This document shows positions 40,098-48,041 of a DNA stretch of 64,000 nt, piece by piece. The notes under the pieces are model-generated. The model did no database searches, had not been told where the DNA came from, and worked only from the letters and a program-made list of their open reading frames with translations. The DNA is taken from NCBI GenBank assembly GCA_963766305.1, contig CAVYAE010000078.1:6811-70810 (forward strand). The letters run 5' to 3'. The position numbers and the translations under genes were made by a program. Origin of the DNA: an uncultured Bacteroidota bacterium (GTDB lineage: Bacteria > Bacteroidota > Bacteroidia > Bacteroidales > JAAUTT01). The stretch's first letter is position 1, and every line of letters starts with the position of its first letter.

Positions 40098-41474
40098 TTA
40101 TACTGGCTGGGTTAATTCAAAATATTCTTTGGTAAGAATATTTCTATCATTAAAATTGTAATTTTTTAAAATCTTCATGGTTTGAGGACCCCTAACTATA
40201 AATTTTTGATTTGTAAACATACTGTTATCATTGGGAATAAAAAAATTTTCTACACAGGATGGCGAATTAAAAACAATATAATCGTACTGTCCAGGATTTA
40301 TTTCAGGTAAATTATCGGGTACTGTATTTTCATAAATTGTAAGAGTGGTAACTTTGTTCCCCAATTGCTTCAATCCGTCAGGTAAAAGAGGAAGGGCAAT
40401 ATTTGAACGTGGGATAAGTATCTCGTTGTTTATAATGTTTTCTCCTGAAAAGAGTTCTATCAAACCTTCTGATGATTCATCTTCAGATTGCAGTTCAGGG
40501 TAAATTCCATATTCAGATAATTCACTTGTAGTGGTTTTACCTATGGAAGCTATGTTTATGACAGCAAGGGTTCTCAAATCTTTTTTGAATGTCAGGAGGG
40601 CCTTAAAAAAATATCTCACTGCATATCTGCTTGTAAATACAATCCAGTTAAATTTTTGCAGGTTATCTATAACCGGTTGTACGTGTTCATAATTTTCCAG
40701 TTGTTTAATACATATAAAAGGCAGGTGATGAACCTTACCATATTTTGAAAATGAACCTGTACTTGTTCCGGTAACGAGGAAAAGTGGTTTTTTTATTTCC
40801 TCTGCCAGCTTGTATTTTAATTTAATTACCTCACCAATAAGAATAATTACAGGTGTTTTTACAAACGGTTCATTAGCAGACGCATCCCTTAATGTAGTAA
40901 TACTTTCTTCCTGATTTTCAAGTGAAACATTATATACCGACAATACAGGAGTGTCCGGATTCCATCCTTTATTTATAAAAGCTTCGGATATCAAACGGAG
41001 GTTCGACCCTCCCATATAAACAACTATAGTCCCGCTACAGGGAATATTTAAATCTTTCACAGAGTGTCCCGACAGGAAGGTAACTGAGGAAGAAACATCC
41101 CTGTGGGTAAGAGGAATTTTAGTTAGCGAGGATGTTGCAAGGGCTGCAGTTATACCTGGCACCACATCTACATCTACAAGGTTTTGAAGGAGATATTCAG
41201 TCTCTTCTCCACCGTGGGCAAATAGCATGGGATCGCCTCCTTTAAGACGCACTGTATTTTTACCAGCTATAGCTGAAACATAAATGAGTTTGTTTATTTC
41301 AATCTGACTGTGGCTGTGGTTATTTTTCCTCTTGCCTGTATATATTTTCTCTGCTTTAAAGTTGGCAAGATATTCCTTATTGGTTAAATCATCATAATAA
41401 ATGATATCTGCCAGCTGCAACTTTTCCAATCCATTAACAGTTAATAGACCGGGATCACCAGGACCAAAACCCAC
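40098..41474 (-). CDS. cobA: Bifunctional uroporphyrinogen-III C-methyltransferase / uroporphyrinogen-III synthase (CobA-HemD fusion); true 5' end unresolved
   Basis: N-terminal half: 'GFGPGDPGLLT', 'LKGGDPMLFAHGGEE', 'VVPGITAALA' (SUMT). C-terminal half is HemD-like ('FTSRYAVRYFF'). The GTG at 41474 removes the first beta-strand; the frame stays open upstream ('...KKYGRVSLVGFGPGDPG') into the hemC 3' end. Confidence 0.8.
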   Translation of the reverse strand: MGFGPGDPGLLTVNGLEKLQLADIIYYDDLTNKEYLANFKAEKIYTGKRKNNHSHSQIEINKLIYVSAIAGKNTVRLKGGDPMLFAHGGEETEYLLQNLVDVDVVPGITAALATSSLTKIPLTHRDVSSSVTFLSGHSVKDLNIPCSGTIVVYMGGSNLRLISEAFINKGWNPDTPVLSVYNVSLENQEESITTLRDASANEPFVKTPVIILIGEVIKLKYKLAEEIKKPLFLVTGTSTGSFSKYGKVHHLPFICIKQLENYEHVQPVIDNLQKFNWIVFTSRYAVRYFFKALLTFKKDLRTLAVINIASIGKTTTSELSEYGIYPELQSEDESSEGLIELFSGENIINNEILIPRSNIALPLLPDGLKQLGNKVTTLTIYENTVPDNLPEINPGQYDYIVFNSPSCVENFFIPNDNSMFTNQKFIVRGPQTMKILKNYNFNDRNILTKEYFELTQPV

Positions 41475-41527
41475 CAGCGATACTCTGCCATATTTTTTAC
41501 GAATATCTTTATCCCCGAATAATGTCT

Positions 41528-42154
41528 TCAGACCATTATTTTTTTTGACACTATGGCCAGGTTTCCTTGCAAAGGGTGTGTCTCATAAGATAAAATTTCA
41601 GCCACAAGGTGAGCCAGATTTAGCCTTTTAAGTGCGCAGGAGGCAATTATTACTGCATCTATGGTGCCTTCGTGAACCTGCATTATGCGTTCTTCTATAG
41701 TACCACGGATACTAACTATTTGAATATCATCCCTTATCTTTAGCAGTTCTTCTTTACGTAAAAGGGAACTTGTTCCAACTCTCGGATATGGTGGCAGTTC
41801 TGAAAGTTTTTTATTATTTCTTGTTACAAGAGAATCTGTTTTGTCAAAAGCTTCGAGGAGAGATATGATTTCAAGCTGCTCATTTAATGGCCAGGGCAGA
41901 TCTTTGGCAGAATGTATGGCTATGTCGGCCTGGTTATTTAATAATGCTTCATCTAGTTCACGTGTGAAGAAATCCTTAATTTTATTATCTATGAGAGGAA
42001 TGTTCTTATTTTTATCTCCATAAGAATTAATTTTAATAACCTGATAATTAAATCCTTGATATAAATCAAATACTTCTTCAACCTGCTTTAATGCAAGATT
42101 GCTTGCACGGGTAGCAACTCTAAGGACTTTATTTTGCCATACCTCATTCTTCAT
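41528..42154 (-). CDS. hemC: Hydroxymethylbilane synthase homologue lacking the C-terminal (cofactor-Cys) domain
   Basis: 'LRVATRASNLALKQ', 'ADIAIHSAKDLP', 'VGTSSLLRKEEL', 'IRGTIEERI', 'LKRLNL' and 'LQGNLAIV' align with E. coli HemC domains 1-2. The ORF stops at 208 aa, whereas the family is ~300 aa. Confidence 0.75.
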   Translation of the reverse strand: MKNEVWQNKVLRVATRASNLALKQVEEVFDLYQGFNYQVIKINSYGDKNKNIPLIDNKIKDFFTRELDEALLNNQADIAIHSAKDLPWPLNEQLEIISLLEAFDKTDSLVTRNNKKLSELPPYPRVGTSSLLRKEELLKIRDDIQIVSIRGTIEERIMQVHEGTIDAVIIASCALKRLNLAHLVAEILSYETHPLQGNLAIVSKKIMV

Positions 42155-42237
42155 TTAGTTTGATATTACTAAATCTTTATTCTTTAAATTAAAATATCTT
42201 TAATTAAATCTTCATTACGTCATTTGTCATCAGTCTT

Positions 42238-42265
42238 CAGTCAACATCCATCAGTCAACATCCAT
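42238..42265. repeat. 14-bp tandem duplication CAGTCAACATCCAT x2 in the cysI-hemC spacer
   Basis: Perfect copies at 42238 and 42252, flanked by related CATC/AGTC words. Confidence 0.9.
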
Positions 42266-42281
42266 CATCTGCCAACAACTG

Positions 42282-43979
42282 CTATTCATGAAACTTACGT
42301 CCTTCTGTAGTAGCTCTGACGTAGCCTTTGCGGATTACGAAGTTTCCTAGGTGTTCATTAACTTCCCGGTTTTTTGCAAAATCTACGAATATGGGCGTAA
42401 GAACATCCAGAATCTCCGCTTCAGAAATATTTTCCTTATAAAGTTTATTAAGTCTTTCACCTGCAAATCCTGCACCCAGGTACAGATTGTACTTACCGGG
42501 CGATTTTCCTACAAATCCGATTTCACCTAGATACGGACGGGCACATCCGTTGGGACAACCAGTCATTCTTATAACTATTGGGACCTTCTCAAGATTATTT
42601 GAGATTATTATTTTATCAAGCTTGTCGATAAGATAAGGCAGGTATCTTTCTGCTTCTGCAAATGCCAGTCCGCACGTATTGAGAGCAACACAGGCCAGAG
42701 AATTAATTCGTAAGCCTGTCAGGGTCTTGTCAGGCCATACTTTGTAATGAAGTAAGAGATCGGTTATTTTTTTTTTATCTGAAGTTGGTATATTGGCAAT
42801 AATCAGGTTCTGATTTCCAGTGAGTCGAAAATCTCCGGTATGTTTTTCAGCTATTTCTTTAAGGGCCGATTTAAGCTTTATTTCCGGTGTGTCTTTAACC
42901 CTTCCCCCTTCAATGAATAAAGTCAGATGCCAGTTTTTTCCTGTTCCCTTCACCCAACCATACTCATCTCCGTTGGAGGTAAATTGAAATGGTCTGGCTT
43001 CTTCGAGGGAATACCCCAGTCTTTTATGCAGCTCAGTTTTAAAGGCTTCAGTGCCCATATTATCAATGGTATATTTAAGACGGGCATTCTTTCTGTCAGA
43101 GCGGTTTCCAAAATCACGCTGAATAATAACAATTTTTTCTACCACCTCCAATACCTTATCTTTACCAATATAACCTATTAAGTCAGCTAATCGCGGATAG
43201 GTGCCAGGATTGCCGAATGTCATACCCATTCCTCCTCCTGCAGCAACATTAAAACCTGAAAGTGTATTATTTTCACCTATTGCAATCAACCCTATATCAT
43301 TAGCAAATATATCACAGTCATTATTCGGAGGTATGGAAATAGCAATCTTGAACTTACGGGGCAAATATGTTTTACCGTATATAGGTTCCTCGTCCTTCTC
43401 CCCGCCTGATACTAGTTTTTTATCCATCCAGATTTCATAATAGGCGCTTGTTTTTGGAGTAAGATGATTACTTATGAGCCTTGCAAATTCATAGGCTTCC
43501 ACATGCAAGACGGATTGGTTGGGATTAGGGTTACACATTACATTCCTGTTAACGTCTCCACAGGCAGCAATGGTATCCATAAGTGCGAGGTTTATTTCAT
43601 TTATTGATTTCTTGAGCCTGGGTTTATATATACCATGAAGCTGAAATGCCTGCCTTGTAGTTAGTTTAAAGGTTCCATTACCATATTTATCTGATAGTTC
43701 ATCAATTACTAACCATTGTTTTGAAGAAGCTATCCCTCCCGGCAACCTGACTCTTATCATGAATGAATAAAGAGGCTCAAGTTTTTGTTTTTTGCGTTCG
43801 CTTTCCAGATCACGGTCCGACTGCTGATATGAACCATGAAACTTTATAAGGTTGGTATCGGATGGTGAAATGGCTCCTGTTGTTTCATCATCCAGCCCTT
43901 CGGCTATTGTTCCTCTGAGATAGTTGCTTTTTTCTTTTATTATTTCTACCTCGGACAGGTTATTATTGGGTTCACTCAT
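42282..43979 (-). CDS. cysI: Assimilatory sulfite reductase (NADPH) hemoprotein beta-component
   Basis: 565 aa. 'FKLTTRQAFQLHG', 'CGDVNRNVMC' and 'TGCPNGCARPYLGEIG' (siroheme-[4Fe-4S] Cys cluster). Confidence 0.9.
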   Translation of the reverse strand: MSEPNNNLSEVEIIKEKSNYLRGTIAEGLDDETTGAISPSDTNLIKFHGSYQQSDRDLESERKKQKLEPLYSFMIRVRLPGGIASSKQWLVIDELSDKYGNGTFKLTTRQAFQLHGIYKPRLKKSINEINLALMDTIAACGDVNRNVMCNPNPNQSVLHVEAYEFARLISNHLTPKTSAYYEIWMDKKLVSGGEKDEEPIYGKTYLPRKFKIAISIPPNNDCDIFANDIGLIAIGENNTLSGFNVAAGGGMGMTFGNPGTYPRLADLIGYIGKDKVLEVVEKIVIIQRDFGNRSDRKNARLKYTIDNMGTEAFKTELHKRLGYSLEEARPFQFTSNGDEYGWVKGTGKNWHLTLFIEGGRVKDTPEIKLKSALKEIAEKHTGDFRLTGNQNLIIANIPTSDKKKITDLLLHYKVWPDKTLTGLRINSLACVALNTCGLAFAEAERYLPYLIDKLDKIIISNNLEKVPIVIRMTGCPNGCARPYLGEIGFVGKSPGKYNLYLGAGFAGERLNKLYKENISEAEILDVLTPIFVDFAKNREVNEHLGNFVIRKGYVRATTEGRKFHE

Positions 43980-44009
43980 ATTATTATTTTCGTAAGTTAT
44001 AATCAGGGA

Positions 44010-44228
44010 TTTGACCTGTCATTATTAATTTATTTGGTCAGGTCGAATTCGCATTTATAGTTTATAGTATTGGTGATGCTCATTTGACCTGTTATTATCT
44101 ATTTTAATGGTCAGGTCGAATTCGCGTTTATGTCATATCTTATTTGTGACGCTCATTTGACCTGTAATTATTTATTTATTTGGTCAGGTCGAATTCGCGT
44201 TTATAGTTTATTGCATTGGTGACGCTCA
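44010..44228. repeat. 73-bp tandem repeat x3 filling the cysJ-cysI intercistronic spacer
   Basis: Units start at 44010, 44083 and 44156 (each TTTGACCTG...). Conserved blocks are TTTGACCTGT, GGTCAGGTCGAATTCGC and GTGA(C/T)GCTCA. Each unit contains a TTTGACCTG/CAGGTCGAA 9-bp inverted repeat and a CGAATTCG palindrome. Confidence 0.95.
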
Positions 44229-44251
44229 TTTGCAAATATTCCTCATCCACT

Positions 44252-46111
44252 TTAATAAACATCCACCTGATATCTTTTTGCTTTTTTCATCTGGTGGAGA
44301 TATTCCTCGGCCTTACCGGTGCTCATTCCACCCTCCTGTGAAATAATTTTTATAAGAGTCTGATTTACATCGTTCCACATATTTTTCATATCTCCACATA
44401 CATAAAAATATGCTCCGTTTTCAAGCCAGGAATAAAGCTCCTTTGAATGTTGCTGCATTTTATGCTGTACATATATTTTATTCGGAGTATCACGGGAAAA
44501 GGCAACGCTTAAATTTGTAAGCAGTCCTTTCTTATAAAAACTCTGGAATTCGGTCTGGTACAAAAAGTCATTCGTAAAATTCCAGTTTCCAAAAAACAGC
44601 CAGTTCCTGCCTTTGGCACCTATAGCAGCCCGTTCTTCAAGAAAAGCACGGAAAGGAGCTATTCCGGTTCCGGGACCTACCATAATTACCGGAGCATCTG
44701 TATTTGACGGCAATTTAAATTCAGGATTCTTCTCAGTGAATATTAGTATTTTATCATTATCAGTTATCCTGTCAGATAAAAAAGTTGAACATACCCCTTC
44801 CTTGTATCTTCCGTTGGTATATCTTACCGCAGCTATAGTCAAATGAACTTCTTCAGGGTGTGTCTTTAAACTTGACGATATAGAATATAACCGTGGCTGC
44901 AGCTTCCGTAAAATACCCAGTAATATCACCGGCGATAGTTTAGCGGGATATTTATAAATTAAATCGACAACATCCCTGCCATATATATAATCCTTTAACT
45001 TTGAATTATCTGCCAATATCTCTTCCAGTTCCTTACTTTTTACTATGTTGTTATATTTTTTTATTACATCAGGGTTTATGGAAGATAATTCAAAATAACG
45101 TGATAACGCATCTTCAAGTGTAGTCGTAGTATTTGACACTTCAACAGTTTCCTCAGGATTGAGTTTTAAAAGATCTGTTACTTCTTTAACTATCCTGGGG
45201 GAGTTAATGGGGTAAACTCCCAGGGAATCTCCTGGTTCGAAGGTTAACCCGGAATTTTCGAGTGACAGCTCAAAGTGATAGGTTTCTTTTGCAGAACCTC
45301 GTCCGTTAAGTTTAATTTTATTAATCAGCAGAGCCTGATAAGGGTTAAGTTTGTTATAGCTGCTGACATTTGAAAGATTATTTGAGTTGGAATTGTTTAC
45401 TTTAACTTCCTGCTTATCATTTTGCAGGTTCATTAAAACCTCCTTGAACCATGATAATGCATCGGAATTAAAATCCACATCACAGTCAACCCTGTTACAA
45501 ACTCGCTCACCACCAAGTTCTTCAAGGCGCTTATCTATATCTGCACCTGTTTTACAAAAATTTATATAGGAACGGTCACCCAGAGCTAAAACTGAAAATT
45601 TTAACCCATTTAATTTCGGTGCCCTTTTACTATGTATAAATTCATAAAATTCCTCCGCTGCCACGGGTGGTATACCTTCCCCGTGAGTACTGACAATAAC
45701 TAAAAGTATCTTTTCTTCTTTAAGGTTATTTAAAGGATAATCATTCATGTCCTTCACATCTACATGAATTCCTTTGTTTTGAGTAATTTCTTTAATCTGG
45801 TTGGCAACATACTGTCCGTTTCCTGTCCGGGTACCAAATAATACCGTAATGCCCTTAATATCTATATTCGCATGTTCAGATGAGGATTTGCCAGCACCAG
45901 TAACTTCTTTATTTGCTGGTTCTGCAGCAGGCACAGCGTTACCGGATGAGTCAAGTATCCTGGTATTTAACGATAGAGGTAAAGTAATTCCCGTCAGATA
46001 ACCTGCCAGCCAGGTAAGCTGCTTGTCATTAAAAGCTGTAAGAATTGTTTCAACCAGTTTTTTTTGATCGTTGTCAAATGGAATTATATTTGTCAATCCT
46101 GTTTGTTTCAT
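44252..46111 (-). CDS. cysJ: Assimilatory sulfite reductase (NADPH) flavoprotein alpha-component
   Basis: Flavodoxin-like 'ITVLFGTRTGNG', FAD site 'RLYSISSS', NADPH site 'VIMVGPGTGIAPFRAF', C-terminal 'YQVDVY'. Confidence 0.9.
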   Translation of the reverse strand: MKQTGLTNIIPFDNDQKKLVETILTAFNDKQLTWLAGYLTGITLPLSLNTRILDSSGNAVPAAEPANKEVTGAGKSSSEHANIDIKGITVLFGTRTGNGQYVANQIKEITQNKGIHVDVKDMNDYPLNNLKEEKILLVIVSTHGEGIPPVAAEEFYEFIHSKRAPKLNGLKFSVLALGDRSYINFCKTGADIDKRLEELGGERVCNRVDCDVDFNSDALSWFKEVLMNLQNDKQEVKVNNSNSNNLSNVSSYNKLNPYQALLINKIKLNGRGSAKETYHFELSLENSGLTFEPGDSLGVYPINSPRIVKEVTDLLKLNPEETVEVSNTTTTLEDALSRYFELSSINPDVIKKYNNIVKSKELEEILADNSKLKDYIYGRDVVDLIYKYPAKLSPVILLGILRKLQPRLYSISSSLKTHPEEVHLTIAAVRYTNGRYKEGVCSTFLSDRITDNDKILIFTEKNPEFKLPSNTDAPVIMVGPGTGIAPFRAFLEERAAIGAKGRNWLFFGNWNFTNDFLYQTEFQSFYKKGLLTNLSVAFSRDTPNKIYVQHKMQQHSKELYSWLENGAYFYVCGDMKNMWNDVNQTLIKIISQEGGMSTGKAEEYLHQMKKAKRYQVDVY

Positions 46112-46251
46112 TTTTTATTGAATTTGCAACATCCTTTTTAAGAGATTTTGCATTAATCTACATTTTATACCAGTATGGTTTTTTGATATATAAGCTTAAG
46201 ATTAGAATATAATTTGTCAATCTCAAAACTACTATTGCATTAACTGCATTG

Positions 46252-46294
46252 AAATACCATGTTCTTGGTATTTTATATACCTAAAAGTAGGGAT
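46252..46294. promoter_or_regulatory. Paired palindromic operator candidates in the divergent cysJ / ABC-module promoter region
   Basis: AAATACCA-tgttct-TGGTATTT (core ATACC 46254-58, GGTAT 46267-71). A second site, ATACC-N8-GGGAT at 46277-46294, lies 23 bp away centre to centre. Confidence 0.6.
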
Positions 46295-46438
46295 AATTTT
46301 ATTTACATCAGGTTTTGATAAGTCATTTATAAATACACATTTATAAATTGCACTAAGTAGTTATGCACCATAAATTATAAGTATAAAATCCGATATAAAT
46401 TACGTTTTAATACTCTTTAAATCAGGGTTAATAAGTAA

Positions 46439-46446
46439 TATGTTTG
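46439..46446 (+). promoter_or_regulatory. Candidate -7 promoter box (TAnnTTTG) for the ABC/GTPase/NifS/Fe-S/LarE-like module
   Basis: 'TATGTTTG' lies 49 nt upstream of the ATG at 46495. Confidence 0.3.
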
Positions 46447-46494
46447 TATTAATATTTACTACAAAGGTAATCTAAATGTTTTAATACTAAATCC

Positions 46495-47280
46495 ATGGAA
46501 ATTAAGAAAATAACTATTCTTGGAGGAAATGGTAAGGATAGCTGTGAAGAAATGGTAAAAAAAGTTGATTTAACAATGGGTAATATAATTAGTATAGTAG
46601 GTCCAACCGGATGCGGGAAAACTACACTGATTAATGACATTGAGCTGTTCGCAAATCATAACACTCCTTCAAACCGTCAGGTGCTGATTAATGATGAACC
46701 CATACCAGATGACTTTACTTTCGATCCGTCAAAGCATCCTATAGCAATGATTTCACAGCATACTAATTTTTTAAGCGACCTTCCTGTTGGGGAATTCCTG
46801 ACAATACATGCCACAGTTCGCGGAGCTGCGGATATAGACAAGGTTGTGGAAGAAACTGTTCAGTTTGCCAACCAACTCACAGGTGAAGCAATTAACAAAG
46901 AAACTGCCATGACAGAACTCTCAGGGGGGCAAACCCGTTCATTACTGATAGCTGATGCCGTTATTATTGGTAATTCTCCTATTATACTTCTTGACGAAAT
47001 TGAAAATGCAGGTATTAATAAAACAAAAGCTCTGGAATTATTGAAGTACTATGAAAAGATCTTCGTTTTCGTTACTCATGACCCTACTATAGCATTGCTT
47101 TCAGACATGCGTATAATAATGAAAAACGGAGCTATGCAAAAACTGGTCACCTCCAACCCTGAAGAAAAAAATGTTGCCGGAGAGTTAATGAAAATTGATA
47201 ATATAATACTTCATTTTCGCGGTTTGATACGAACAGGTGAGGATATTACCCGTGAGCAGCTTTTACAGATTTCTGAATGA
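46495..47280 (+). CDS. Orphan ABC-type ATPase (no permease partner in the window)
   Basis: Walker A 'GPTGCGKTTL', signature 'LSGGQTR', Walker B 'ILLDEIE', H-loop 'VTHD'. Confidence 0.75.
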   Translation: MEIKKITILGGNGKDSCEEMVKKVDLTMGNIISIVGPTGCGKTTLINDIELFANHNTPSNRQVLINDEPIPDDFTFDPSKHPIAMISQHTNFLSDLPVGEFLTIHATVRGAADIDKVVEETVQFANQLTGEAINKETAMTELSGGQTRSLLIADAVIIGNSPIILLDEIENAGINKTKALELLKYYEKIFVFVTHDPTIALLSDMRIIMKNGAMQKLVTSNPEEKNVAGELMKIDNIILHFRGLIRTGEDITREQLLQISE

Positions 47281-47331
47281 CAATTTAAAATATTGGTAAT
47301 AATATATACAAAATTAATCAATTATAAACAG

Positions 47332-48033
47332 ATGAAATTAGTAATTTTTGCCGGCCCGCCAACTTGTGGAAAAACAACTGTTATCCGTCAGGTAATAAAA
47401 AGAATAATTGCTAAAAACCTTAAACCGGCTTACATTAAAATAGATGTATTGTATGCTGATGAGGACCATACTTTGAAAAAGGAATTTGGTATCCCCACAA
47501 GAAAAATTTATTCGGGGGAGCTGTGTCCCGATCACTGCAATGTGGTTGTATTGGATGAAGCTGTCGAATGGGCTGAAAAAACAGGTTCTGATTATTTATT
47601 TGTCGAAACTGCGGGATTGTGTTTACGTTGTTCGCCTTATGTTGAGAACTCTCTGGGAATAGTAGTACTTGAAGCCACCAGCGGCATGAATCTGCCCCGC
47701 AAGATAGGGCCTATGCTAACCCTGGCTGATATTTCCGTAATTACTAAAATTGACCTCATCTCACAGGCTGAGCGCGAAGTGTTCCGTTACCGGGTTCTGG
47801 AATCGGCTAAAAACATTACTGTTGTGGAAAGCAATGCATTATATGGAATAGGTATTGACCCTATAGTAAAACACATACTAAAAACAGAAGATGTTGTTTT
47901 TCCTATGTACCTGCGTGGAAATCCTCCAGTGGGGACATGCACAATTTGTGTCGGGAAAAAGGAAATAGGAGCAAAAAACCATTTTGGTGTATTGAGGACC
48001 ATGGATCAGGAACTTTATTATGTTGGTGAATAA
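47332..48033 (+). CDS. P-loop GTPase of the G3E (HypB/UreG/CobW-like) type with C-terminal Cys motif
   Basis: 'FAGPPTCGKTT' P-loop, 'VETAGLCLRCSPY' (compare HypB 'ENVGNLVCP'), 'ITKIDL' (NKxD-like), C-terminal 'GTCTICVGKKE'. ATG at 47332 is preferred over TTG at 47293. Confidence 0.55.
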   Translation: MKLVIFAGPPTCGKTTVIRQVIKRIIAKNLKPAYIKIDVLYADEDHTLKKEFGIPTRKIYSGELCPDHCNVVVLDEAVEWAEKTGSDYLFVETAGLCLRCSPYVENSLGIVVLEATSGMNLPRKIGPMLTLADISVITKIDLISQAEREVFRYRVLESAKNITVVESNALYGIGIDPIVKHILKTEDVVFPMYLRGNPPVGTCTICVGKKEIGAKNHFGVLRTMDQELYYVGE

Positions 48034-48041
48034 CATTGAGC

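Noticed and set aside
44010-44228. Could the 73-bp repeats be a CRISPR array?
   Set aside because: The units are directly contiguous with no unique spacers. Conserved and variable blocks are interleaved within each unit. No cas genes or leader are present.
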